64,000 nucleotides of DNA, taken from Cycas panzhihuaensis. Taxonomy: Eukaryota > Plantae > Cycadophyta. The notes beneath the pieces are model-generated. The model had not been told where the DNA came from. It saw only the letters and a program-made list of their open reading frames with translations, and searched no databases. The stretch covers positions 165,795,741 to 165,859,740 of the forward strand of contig CM041465.1 in NCBI GenBank assembly GCA_023213395.1, given 5' to 3'. Position numbers and translations under genes: made by a program. Each line of letters begins with the position of its first letter. Within the stretch, counting starts at the first letter, position 1. Below, piece after piece: positions 14,901 through 28,400 of this stretch.

Positions 14901-17700
14901 TAAGATGATAGATAATGACATCTAATATTGATTCAAAGATATTAGTAAAAGGGCACAAAGAATCAATAAAACGCTTATTCAAAACATCAATAAAAAATCA
15001 TAGCAAAGCATCCTAGATGAAGCTATTAAATTTGGGTGCCATCAAAGACCCAAAGAATGTGCATGTCAACGAGGGATGGACATAAGACATTATTGAAAAA
15101 CATGTGATATATTAAAAGAATTTCATGATGTTTTTTATAAACATATAAAAAAATTTAAGTGGATTATGGAAGATATGGGATTAATATAAATTAAACTAGA
15201 AAAATGAGCAAAATCTATCTAACAAAAACCCTATAAATTAAAGCCCAAATACAAGAAGAAAATCTAAGAGGAAGTTGAGAAGCTTGTAAAGGTTGGATGT
15301 ATTACCTTATGGAGAATAGTGAGTTAGTATATATGATCATGGTCACAAAGAAAAAAAGAATAATAAGCTACAAATATATGTTGATTAGGGCATTGAGTAA
15401 GGTGACTATTTCTAGCACCATTTATAGAGCAAGTTTTAGAAAACATTGTAAGATAAGATATATTCTTTTATATATGATTTTTTGATTTATAACCAAGTAA
15501 AAATTGTATAGAAAGTCCAACATAAGATAATTTTCATAACTAAATGGGGATTATCTACATAAACAGTAATTTGATTTATTGTGTAATGCTTCAAAGGTTT
15601 CTTCAAGAATTATCACCTTTATATTCAAATAATTCATCTATGAAATTGTTGAAGTTTATTTAGATGACTAGGCATTATTCAAGTTGCTTTAAGATCACAT
15701 TACAACTTTATGATTGATGTTTCAAAAATATTAAGAGGTGGGAATCTCTTTAAATCTAAATAAATGCTAATTATAATTTTGCTTTATATAAAAGGACTTA
15801 TGGTCAATCTTAATAAAATTTAGGTAATTGTAGATTCAAAACCACTTATCAATCCCATTGTCGTTAAATAGTTTCTTGATTATATGGGATATCATTAGAA
15901 CTTCATTCATAAATATTCTAAATTCTTAACACCTTTTGAGAATCTACTAAAGAAAGAAACCCCATTTATTTGGATGAAGAAATGCTAACAATCCTTTAAT
16001 ATGCTAAAGTAGAAACTAGTTGATGCCCTAACTTTTAAGTTTCTAGGTTGATTGTAGATTTTTTATGTCCATGTTGATGTGTTATGGATGATCATTAGAT
16101 TTATTTTATCCCAACCCAAGAAAGGATATATTGACCATCCAATTGTATTTACAAGTCAATGATTGACTTAAGGAATAAAGAATTATACAAGCATAGAAAG
16201 ATAGGGTCTAGCTATGGTCTACATATTATAAAAGTTTTGACATTATTTATGAGTTAATATTTTTTACTTTTATACAAAACATCAAGCTTTTATATATTTA
16301 ATTAACAAACCTATTTTGTCAGGGAATATAAGTTGACAAGTCTTACTATTTTAAAATTTTAAGTTCAAAATTTTCTTGAATCTTAGAAAGGTACATGTAG
16401 CACCATATCACTTGTCAAGGATTAACACTAGAAACCAACAGGAGTCGATGATGATTTTCTATATGTTAAACGATACAAGGTCATAGTGATTATAAAAGAC
16501 TTCTATAACATTGTAAATTTCTTACAAATAAGAGCCACATCATTGATTATCTTATTATGGAAAATAAAGTTTTAGCCTTAAAGACTAGTTGATATCAAAT
16601 GATCTCTCTATAGTTGTATTGAATAAGATTAAACATGATACTTTGTCATTATATCTTAGAGTAAGAAACATCAATGATTCCTTAAGAGGCATACCAAGGA
16701 TTACTTGAATACCATGTGTAAAGGAAATTTTGGCAAGAGAGATACTATAATCATGTCTTTAGTGGCTGATATTATTTAAGGAATCACACTCATGGTCATA
16801 ATAATGTGATGTTTTCTAAAGAATAGTTTGACAAGGAAAGTTAGAATATCTTCCATTGAACTCCATAATTAAAATAATACCATTTATAACATGTGAAATT
16901 AACTTCATAAGAACCACAATCCCTTTTATGCAAAGAATAAAGACCATATACATAATCATTTCTATTGACCACATAACCTCTTAGGTTAAGGCAATGGTAA
17001 AAATTTATTATATGACATAAACAACAAATACTAAATTTAGTTATCCATTAGAACTGGTGTGCAATAGAGTCATACATTTCATTAATCAAATGGTTAATCA
17101 ACTCATATATAGCTTTATGATATAACATTTTAATGCACTCCCTATTATCTAAGATGCAATGGCTTAACCAGATTTTCTAATTTAATCTTATATAAGATAA
17201 AGATCTATAATATTGGTTAATTTGGTTGGGTTGATAAGTTATATATGGTACAATGTGTATTTAGATTAACTCAAAGGAAGTTGATAGGGTATGACCTATT
17301 TTAATCGTTATATGGCATCAAAGAAGTCATGCCAATAGAATTTATTATTCCAAATCTATAGGTTGCAATAATAATACATTAGGGTAAGTAATATCTAATA
17401 AAAGAAAGATTGGTATAACTAATGAAATTGGATGAGATTAGAACAAATGAAAATTAACAACAAAAGACTGCTAAGGCTTGATAACAGACTTGTCATGATT
17501 AATAAATAAAGACATATAAGTTTAAAGAAGAAGATCATGCTCTAGCATATAACATCAAATTTAAAGGTGAGCTAGGTAAAATAAAAAGGACCATACTTAT
17601 TAGATAATTTATTAGAAAATGGATTAATTATTTTCCATATATTAGAATGAGTTTCTACCTAACAAGGCCAATGATAACTAACACAAATTATATAAACTAT
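11948..17700 (+). mobile_element. Highly degraded non-chromovirus Ty3/gypsy element (LTR remnant, PBS, gag-PR-RT-RH-INT)
   Basis: PBS-like tgatatcagaac at 12436-12447. Protease 'DAIVNFGS*VNV' at ~13684, RT 'EVYLDD' at 15651-15668, RNase H 'DHPIVFTS..L' at ~16133 and 'GLAMVY..KF.HY' at ~16205, integrase remnants at 16700-17600. Confidence 0.85.
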
Positions 17701-18168
17701 AAGTTATCTTATTAAAAATAAATAGAAAATTTAAAACTATAAAAAATTAACCTAGTTGCCCTATAATGTTTATAGTAAGTGATACTACTATTAAGTCTAA
17801 GAGATAGCCAACGATTAGGACTTACTAGAAGCACAATGTAGTTATGGTTTTATTTGACCAATATTGAGGTGCTAGCCTTGATAAATATTTGTATATATTT
17901 TATTCTAGCTTAACATTAATAAAGTGACTACCATAATAATTAATACACACATGTTTAATAAGTAGTTGTGGTAATTGGCAACTATGCAATCAATAATTCA
18001 TGAGCTTTGAAATTATTATAGTTATGTCAAGATTTGATACATAATCAAAATAAAATCAATTAATAGGGAAAATCATGCACCTATTAATACATGATAGACA
18101 CATTGCATGTATACCTTCTAGGGTTGATATAACTTCTAATAAAGCATGTAGTAACTATCTTCAACCTT

Positions 18169-21100
18169 TGGGCATCGTGTATACCAAAAGTAGGCAGGGG
18201 TGAGTCCCTAGATGGACATCAAGGGCTAAGTAAGGGTACATTAACAGGGGTATTTTTAGCCTTTGAGATGAAAGAAATAGAGATCCCTTGTTAGTGGGGA
18301 GAAGATCACACTTAGACTAGAGCTTAAGGGATCAAGCAATTGGTGGTATAATGCTCTCAAAGAGAGAGGATGCAAAGATAAGAGGGTATCAAGCTATTAG
18401 AGGTAGTGGAGCATGGAGGCCCTCTAAGGATATATAGATGATGGTGGATACTTTAAGGCCCTAGTACCAAAAGCAAAATTATATTAAGGAGCCCTGCCAA
18501 TAGACAATAATAACTAGATAAAAGCAAATGGAATAGGTAATACCTAAAGCTAGATCACGCCAAAGAGAGACTAGTGGACTGCACTTATGGAATAATTAAA
18601 GTAGTCATATAAGTGATGGAGTGAAAGATGTATCAACTAATTTGCATATAGCTTTGTGGAACAAGGTGATATTATTAGAAGGATAGACTTGGAAGTAGTC
18701 TATGTATTTGGATTACATACAATATTATTCAAGTGAGTAGAGTAGAAGATTGGCAAATAAATATTTTTATTTTTTATTTTTTGGATTAGAAATTACATTA
18801 AATGTCCATTATGGAGGATATGAGAAGAAATTCTTTAAACTAGACTTAACTTCCCTCTCTGGGAAGATCCTACTGGGATGTCCTAAAAATGGGAGAGATT
18901 GAACCATGTGAAATAGAACCAACATTTCAGAATGAATTGATTAAAATCCCCATCCTGAAGAGAATAACTGAGAGGATGGAGAAGTACTAGGAGAATAGCT
19001 TGGTAGGGAGATTCTCAAGACCCAAACAGGGTCTTGATGTTATAAGAAAATGGTTGGTAGTTAAATGAAAGGTTTAAAGCCTAGTGGAGGTTATGGCTCT
19101 TGTTAAGGGGTGTGTTTTATTTATATTTATGAATTAGGAAGATATGGTAAGCACCCTCTTGAAATTGTCATGGATGTTGGGTAGGAAGGTAGTTTTTTTA
19201 GAGAAGTGGCACCCAGACTTCAATTTATCAGTACCAATCATGAAACAAGCCCCTATTTAGGTTTAAATGCTTAGGCTCATAATATAGATGTGGGATCTTG
19301 ATGTAATAAAAGGAGTGGAAAAATCCATAGGACCTCTAATGACTGTTGATTCTACTACCAAGAATAAAAGTAGGTTGATTAGTGTCATATTTTACATTAT
19401 AGTAAGATTAGACAAAAGACTCTTAGACTAGGTAAGGATAGAAATGAAAGGATGGAGTAAGGACCAGAATCTAGTATATGAATTGGACAACGTGAGATGC
19501 TCTACTTGTAAATGTTTTGGGCACGTCCCTTTGACATGCCTAGGGGAAAAAAAGAAGGAATAAAGAAAGGAGAGTAATGGGCTTTTGAACATTAAGAGCA
19601 TCTTAGGTTCTCCAGAAAAGATGGTTGGGATAGAGGAGATGAGAAAAGAGAACATTCAGGAACATAGACTAGAAATTCCTTAAGAGATCAAAGGGTTAAA
19701 AGGGGAAGGTAAGACTATTAACCTAGATGAGGAGGACACATTTTTTAAGGAAGGGGAGGAGATTCGCCTAGATGAGAGGTTAGGGGAGGCCTCTTGAGGG
19801 GATGTGGACACTAGAGCTGAAAGCCAAGACCATGACAAGGCCCAAGAAGGGCCTCGACTTGAGGAGGGTCATTCCACCATGGGAAGGCAGGAAGGGATTA
19901 TGACTACTATGAGTGTATAGAAAATGAAGGATAAGGACCCACATGAGGAAATAGGACAACAAAAAGGCCCTAATCTAGGTAGTGATAGAAGGGTTAGAAG
20001 ACCTACAAGGAAGATGATTAGAGAAAGGGAGGTAGTATCTCAGATTGACCAAGGCTTTCAGCATACCCTTAGGGAGGGGGGAGGTAAGGGTCTATCTCTA
20101 AGAAGTAAAAGATGAAGTACCATAGTAAGTGGGGGAACTTGAAGGTGAAGGGAGGAATATAAAGATTATCTCTTGGAACATCAAAGGCCTAAATGCTTCC
20201 TCGAAGCATAGGGCAGTTAAAGAGCTATGCATAAGGTTGGAAGTAGATATTCTAATGCTTTAGGAGGTAAAGATGGAGAAAGATAAAGGAATGGAGGTAG
20301 AAAACAAGGTATGGAGGAAAGCAAATATGTTAACGAAGGATGGTAGTCAAGGATTTGGAGGAATGATGATCCTTTAGAATCTGAAGGTCTAGTATGGAGA
20401 AGCTTTTGCTTTGGATGATCATTTTATGTCTATATGGTTAACATGTAGGAGGATAAATCTTTATTGGCTAGCCAGTAACATTTATACCCCTATGATTGCG
20501 GAAGTCAGGAATAATCTTTAGGATAGAATTGTGGAGTCTCACAAAGTTTTTGTAGGACCTTGGTTGGTGGTTGGGGACCTTAACACAACCTTGTCTCTAA
20601 GGGAGAAAAAAGAGGACTAAGAAGGTTGGATAAAGAGTATGACTAGTTTGGGAGATTTCCTCTAAAAAGGGGATTTGATGGACGTGAAACTAAGAGGGGC
20701 TAAATATACTTCGTCTAACCAAAGGTTGGGAAATAACCATATTTAGGTAAAGTTAGATAAGGTTTTGATTAATTATAGTGGGCCAAGCTCCATAATGATG
20801 TTAAGCTAGATGATCTTCCCAAGGTGGCATCAGACCACTCTTCTCTTCTGCTTAAGTTTAAATCCTTAAAGAAACATCTTGGGGCTCTTTTTCATTTTAA
20901 AATCACATGGACAAAGCATTCAAAGCCCAAGAATCACATTGAGGAATGGTGGAGAAAGTCGATAGAAGGCCACACTATGTTTAGATTCTTGAGAAAGATG
21001 AACTAGGTGAAAAAATAAATAAAAATTTGAAATAAAGAGGTTTATGGCAATATTTTTAAAGCAAAGGGGTAGATAATTGAAGAGCTTAAAGAGGTTGAGG

Positions 21101-24100
21101 ATCAGATACAAGAGGAAGGTAGATTCCATATGCTAGACTAGATAGAGAGAGCTCTTCTTAGAAATTTGGAGGATATCTTGATAAAGGAACTAATCCATTA
21201 GAGATAAGAGTCTAGGGCCCTCTGGTAGACTAAAGGTGATAGGAATACAAAGTTTTTCTATATGATAACCCTAAAGCATAGGGCTTGTAATCAAATAAGC
21301 AAGCTTAATAATAAGGAATGGGTAGAAACTAGGGTTGAGGAAGAATTTAAGAATATAGCTAGTAGTTATTTTAAGGAGCTATTTGAAGAGCCCAAGGTCC
21401 AAGATATTGGGACTAAGAGGGAGTTCATGAGATTTATCCCAAAACTAATTAATGAGGGGCAAAATAGACTTTTGAAGGAACCGTTTAGTATGGATGAGGT
21501 GGAAAAGGCCATTTTTGGGATGAAAAGGAAGAAAGTTCCTAGTCTAGATAGATTTCCTCTGGGCTTCTTTTAAGAATATTGGGACATAATAAAGATTGAT
21601 TTAAAGAAGGGTCTAAATGAATTTCATGAGAAGAGAGTAATTTTAAAGGAATGATAAGGTACATTTTTAGTTCTAATCCCAAAGAAAGAAGGAGCGAAAT
21701 TGATGGAGGAGTTTAGACCAATTAATTTATGTAATGTTAAATATAAAATCCTGGCAAAATTTTGGCCAATAGACTTAAGAAGCTTCTACCTCAAATTATC
21801 TCTCCAAACTATGATGGTTTTGTGAAAGGGAGGGACGACATTATAGTTATTCATGAGATGGTTCATTTTTCATTTTAGAGGAAAGATCTAAGCATGATTA
21901 TGAAAATTGATCTCTTTAAGGCATATGATAGGGTGTCGTGGGTCTGCTTATCAGAATGCCTCCAAGTGTTTGGTTTTAGAGACATATACATGGAGTGGGT
22001 GACATGTTGTATCTCTAAACCCTAACTTTTGGTCTTGATTAATGGTACATCAATAGCTTTTTTTCTCTATTTTAGAGGGTTAAGGTAAGGGGATCCTTTA
22101 CCCCCTTATCTATTTATTATTATGGCTAGAATATTAAGAAGTGAAATGAAGGAAGTTAGGAGGAGAGGACTAATTACTAGGATAAAGCCCACATCGGGGA
22201 TTGATAATATAGTACATCACCAATTTGTGGATGACAATATTTTTTTAGGGAAAGCTAATATGGACGAAGCAAGGGTACTAAAGGAAGGCCTATACAAATT
22301 TGAGATAGCCACAAATTAGGAGATAAATCTAAATAAGAGTAATGTCTTTTTTGTAAATACTAAGGATAGACTACAAAGAAATATAAGAAGGATCTTGGAA
22401 ATTCCCGTCTATAACCTACCTTCCACTTATCTAGGGAGTTATGAAATCCCATTATTGATCAGATGTAAAGGAACTTGGCAGGGTAGAAAGGATCCCTATT
22501 AAGTCAAGTCAATAAAGTCTAGTTGTTAACTACAACTTTACATAGCATTCCTATATATCTGATGTTGATATTTAGGATACCGACTAATATTGTAACTATT
22601 TTGGAAGGTATCTAGAAAATATTCCTTTGGTAAAGGGTTGAAGAGAAAGACAAAATTCACCTGGTTACTTAGGAGAAAGTCTATACCCCTAGATGGGTTG
22701 GCAGGATTAACATCTAGAGCTTGGTCTCCTTTAACAGGGCTTTGATGGCTAAATTAGGGTGGCAACTAGCAAAGGAAGAAGGGGGACAATGGGATAGAAT
22801 TCTCTCTTATAAATATCTTAGAGGAAAGCACTTCTTAAAAGAGAACATGGAAGTTATTTCTAGGTCATCGATATGGAGGAGCTTGAAGTAAGCGAGACCT
22901 ATCCTACCCCTTTGTACTGAAGTGAAAGCTAGGAGATGGCAAAGACATAAAATTTTAGGACGATGTTTAGTGCAGTAATTCTCAATTGAAAGGTATGCCT
23001 AATGTGGGTTATTTATAGAACATTTATGAGAGATATTATAGAGAAATGGTAAAGAATTATTAGGGGGGGCAAGGCAGAGCTAGATGCTGGAAGATGTTTG
23101 AGGATCTCCTAGGGGACCAAGTCATAAAGGAAAGTATCATCGTACTTAGAAAAGAGATTGATCAATGTTATATCCCTAAAATAGTGAGGGCAGACTCCAT
23201 AGTTTGGGCTACCACTTCCTCTGGGGAGTGCTTGGTGAAACGAGGGTATCAAGAGATTTGCAAGAATAGGGGATTCATTAAGAATTCCATGTTGGAAGGA
23301 GTGTGGAAGATGGGTCTAATCCCTAAAGTCACAGTCTTTTGGTGGTTATGTTTGAGAAATAAAGTCCTGACAATGGATAACCTTCAGAAGAGGGGTTATG
23401 CCATGTCAAATAGGTGTGTATTATATAAAGAGGAGGATGAGTCTTTGGACCATATCACTCTACATTTTTCTGTCTCCAAAAAAGTCTAGAAGCTTATATG
23501 GTCACAGTTCAGGATAAAATGGGTGGCCCTAAGACTCTTAAAGATCAAGTGTTGATATGGAAGAGCCCTTTTAGAAGTAGAACCTTAGGTTACATTTGGA
23601 AATATGCTATGCCTATTATGTTATAGAATCTTTGGAAGGAAATAAATAGGAGAATGTTTCAAGAGAAGGAGATGGATGAAGTGAGACTCCATGGTATTAT
23701 ATATGTAGCTATTATGTAGTCTATCAAAGTTTCAGAAGAGACGAGCATCTCAGAGTCTGAGGGAGACATTATAGAGAGATGGGGGATTAACAAACCTAAT
23801 ATTTCACTGGAGATTAGAAGAAATTACATGTGGTGTCCCCTATCAGATAATTGGGTTAAAATAAATTTTGATAGAGCATCAAAAGGCAACCTAAGAGAGT
23901 CTAGTGGGGGTGGTTTATGCAGAAATTTGGAAGGTTAAGTCCTATGGGACTTTGTGGAATATTATCGATAACAAACTAATCATAGGGTAGAGCTTAAGGC
24001 TATGTAGAGTGCAATGGAGATGTTTGCAGAGAAAGGTTGTAAAAAGGTGATTATAGAAGGTGATTATTTAAATGTGATAAAGATAATTAGAGGGGAAATA

Positions 24101-24502
24101 GAGGCAGACTAGAATACGAAAGCTATAATAGGAGATACTCAAGAAATTCTCAAGGCCAGAGAAAGTTTCTAGATTTACCATATATATAGAGAAGGAAATG
24201 GGGCAGATGATAAGCTAGCCAACTGGGGGTTTATAATAAGAGGTTAGAGGTATAGGGAGATGATATCCTAGAAGAGATACAGAGTATGGTTAATAAATAT
24301 ATGGAAGACTTCTCCAAGTTGGAGATGATAGCTAGCCACTGGGCTTATCATGGCAGGGGTGGGATAGTCATGGGTTAGAGGATTAATAATAGTTTGGCTA
24401 TGGGCTTGTCATGGCAATGTTGCTAACCATTAAGTAGATTGTGTAATAATGTTGGGGCCTTTTTAAAACCCCTTCATTATTTTACCATATCAAAAAATAA
24501 AA
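18169..24502 (+). mobile_element. Full-length, degraded L1-type LINE with ORF1 and ORF2 (EN-RT-zf-RNase H)
   Basis: 17-bp TSD taactatcttcaacctt at 18152-18168 and 24503-24519; A-rich tail at 24492-24502. ORF1 zinc knuckle 'RCSTCKCFGHVPLTC' at ~19495. ORF2 begins 'KIISWNIKGLN' at ~20162 and contains 'SDHS', 'KAYDRV.W', 'HHQFVDD', zf-RVT 'KVLTMDNLQKRG..RCVL' and RNase H 'WVKINFDRASKGN'. Confidence 0.95.
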
Positions 24503-25927
24503 TAACTATCTTCAACCTTAAGAAAAAGTCTAGAAAGAAGAGGCCAATATAAAGAGAATCCATTTAAAAGACATTCAAACATTGGGAATATTTTTTATTT
24601 TTATGAGTTCATATTATGCATTAGGAAAACGATTTCTTCTACATAGAGTATGAATATCCTTTGACAAAAATAATGTTAGAAGTTACTAAAAATTTTAGTG
24701 CAATGCAAGTAGGAATTGAGAAGTGTCTTTAGTAAAGCCAACCTCATTTTGCATTCAAATATAGAAAGATATTTGACAAAGAGATATCAACATACTAGAA
24801 GAAATGATATGAATTTACTTTTGAAATAGGATAAAACACCATAACAAAGGGGATGATTAACCCCTTAGCCCAACCATTATTTGATGCTAGTATCACTTAA
24901 ATGGTTGATTTTCTTTCCTTCAAACAAAATAAGGACATATTACATAAATTGATACTACAATATGATTAAGCCATTTTTGAGTTTAATAATAATAAACTTG
25001 CCATCACACTAGAGTTTATTTAAAACTCACCCATCTTTGTTTAGATGGCAAGGAGGTTGAATTTTGAAAGGAAGATAGGCCCTCAACAAAGCCCTTTGTT
25101 TGAAGTTTGATAAGTTCAATAGTAAAAGCATTTTAATTGAGGGTTTAATAAACCTACATATATTTTTGTAGTAATAATTCTTTATGGGAAAATCATTCTA
25201 GTTGTAGGAGTTTCAAGCATGTAAAGTAATGCTAGAATCTCGTGAGACAAATTTGCAAAGAGAAATATTTGAAATTGAGGCAATATTTAAGTGTTAAGAT
25301 AAACCATAAAATACAAATATATATTAAACAATGTTAGGAGTTTTACTTTCATTGCTTTCTTTTAATGATTATGATGTGTTTTTATAATAGCTTTTAGCTT
25401 GCTAATATCATGCCTTTTTAGCCTAAAATATTGTGGTTCATTACCTATGCGTACACCAATTTTCTTGTTAATAGGTATGAAGCTAAAAAATTATAAAAGG
25501 ATTTTATGTAAAATGTATGCTTAACTACTCCCACTAAAACTATCCTTAAGTATGTACTTATGTTTCAAGAAATATTTTTATATTTTATATTTATGGATGT
25601 TGATGATGGTCTAGTAGTCCAAGTACCAGGGTTAAATACAGGGTTAAATATGAAAATAACTACTTTACCATGCAAGTTAAGTCCACATAGGATATTTTCT
25701 AAATTAAAACAACAATTTCAATTACCTTCTAGTGTAAATCTAGTTTACTTATTTATATTTGATATTGATATTCTAATTAAGGACCTTGATGAGTTGCATT
25801 CAATACTATAGACTATCTAAATGCCTAAGCATAAATTAGTTTTTCCCCTAGTGAAGAGGGAGAATAAGAAAAAGGGGAAAACAAAACATACTACATCAAA
25901 TTGCTAAGAGAAATACAACCTAACATT

Positions 25928-28400
25928 GGTACCTATTTCCTGGCTTCCAAGAATGGGCTTGGATGTGAAAACAAACATGTAAGTATAGGTATGTTTCTCA
26001 ACCCTTTTTACTCTTTATTGGTCTATATTTAAGTTCATATGGTTGATATATACTTGGTTGCTTAGTTGCTTATTTGTCCATGCCCCTCTTTTATGTCGAT
26101 GATGAGCATGACCTTAGTCCATGGCCATTTAGTGCACCCGTTAGACTTCCTAGGCTGGAAATGGTGCTTCTCCTTTTACTTGCAACTTGTTTCCTTATCA
26201 GTTTTTTGCCTTGTTTTTACCTCTTTGCCACTTGATGTTGACGATTGCTATCCCTAGGACCTACCATCTATGAGTTCATCCTAATTTCATAATGAAATTA
26301 ATGAGAAAAATTGATTCTATTACTTATCACTCTGATTTTTGTTTATAATAGTGGTATTATTAAGTACTTTACGGTATTGTAAACATGTTTATAGTATGAC
26401 TGTCACCAATCTAGATTTAAGATATATGGTGACACTCGACTTATAAATGCTTGATTATCAAGCTTGGGCAAACCATGTTGGCCCCAAGTTAGCCTATGTC
26501 ATGCTTAAATCCTCTCAAATTTTGCTTCTTCTAAGCAAAATCCCTCAAACCATAAGCAACACTCATGGTTTTTGGTTGATGGTTTTTCCCATATTAGGGG
26601 CAGAAAACCACCAACCTCCTATATTCATTTCATCTATAAAATCCCCTCCTTTTTCTAAAGGAGAGAGAAGACTTTTGTGATAGTAAGACCCTATCATTAT
26701 GCTACTGAGTTTTCTATAAGAATTTAGTACTTCATGCATGTTGCTAGCATCCACTTGAAGATTGGAAGCACAAATACCTCAAGTAATTTGGAAATCCTTA
26801 GAGGAGAAAAAGCTACTACCATTAGCCACAAATTCTCCTAAGCAAGGTAAAGGTAATCCATTTCTAGTTGCTATGGTTGGTTCTTCTTCTTTTATCATTT
26901 GATGTCATTTCCATGCCATATTTGTGTGAGTAAATGGTAGGAGTAACTAGTTAGTTACCTTAGTTTGGTTTCATAACTTTTTCTCCATCCATTTGATGAA
27001 TGTTTCCTCAATTCTTCCTCTAATTGTTGCTTAGTTGGTTGCTTTAAAAGTTATAAGGGTGGGGAAGCTCTTAAGTACACTCAGGAATCTTTTATACATT
27101 GGGGGATGATTATCATTCTGAGGAACCTTAACCCAATTTATTCCATATTTTCTCTTATAAACTAGGAATTACTTCTTAATGCTATGAGTATTTACTTTTT
27201 AATGAATCATATATGATCATATCATTGGATTTCTTGTAGATTTGTTATTCTTGTAGGGTACTAATGTACATGCAGGAAGGTGAAAGAGTCTTACGAGTTT
27301 TTTAACCATGCACTATCACTCAAGCAAGCTGTGATAACTTCCCATATCGATTGTCATTTAGGGAGCTGAGTTTGATATCCTATTTCCTTTTGTTTTCTTA
27401 AAATTTAGTACCTTTCATTACACTTTTTTTTATCATAAAGGCTTTCAACAAGCAAAAATGCTATCAAAATTCCTTTAGGAGTGGTAAGTAGTAACTCTAC
27501 CTCTTGCTCCACCTTATTGAGAGTGCCAACAACTTGTTAGGAGGGAATACAAGCTACTCTGGCCTACTTATTACCAGGTACACTTTAATATGTTTGACTT
27601 CTTACTCACATTGTATCTTTAAAAAAAAGACATTAATATTTCTTTCTTGTTTCTTTCTTTAAAAAAATGAAAAGCATAGGACTTTCTTTGCTCACTTGTT
27701 TTTACCCTTTTCCAAGAAAAATAAAAACAAAAAAAAGAAAAAAGGAAAAAGGAAAGAGTATCATAGCTTACATTTCCATTTTCTCCTTTTTTCCCTCCTT
27801 TTCTGTTTAGAAAAAGAGAAAAGAGAACAAAAGAAAAGAAAAAAGGGAGAGATTTGTATACTTTTTACCCTATCTTTTTCCCAAAAAAAAAGGGAAAAAG
27901 AAGAAAAGAAAGAATACTTGCATTTCCTCCTTTACTAGTGCATATGCATTGCATCTTAGAAGTAGAGAGTTAGACCAAGTGTCTATTTACCTTGATTACA
28001 AACTTGAGACATGAGGAGGGCTTGTGTGATCACAAGTCATGAATTAGCAAGGAAAGTCATCATAAGAAGTAGAATAGGGTGTTATTTATGTGGATGTAAA
28101 AGAAAAGTGCATATAGTGTGCATTAGGTTTATGTGGCATTGATGCCTTTAGTCTACCTTAGGTTAAAAAAAAAAAACTGAAAGGAGTTAAAACAAAAAGA
28201 AAAAGTGTCATCTCAATGTAATCGTGAATCAATCGTCATATGTATAACCCTTACATATTTACCCTTAACTGAGCCTCTACGTTGATAGTGCATGTTCCCT
28301 TACTACTATGCTCAAGTAGTGCACGGATGCCTAAAGTTGGTATATTAAGATTCATATATATATGTTAAGATTTTGCACCCTAAGTCTTATGTCACATCTC
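25928..28400 (+). repeat. Long LTR of a second Tat/Ogre-like element
   Basis: Homologous to 9346-11947 in reverse: same 5' block, TATA context (ctataaa at ~26634) and purine/pyrimidine tracts. The 3' boundary is approximate. Confidence 0.6.

Noticed and set aside
14100-15050. Long spacer between protease and RT as a possible extra domain
   Set aside because: Too degraded to recognise any motif.
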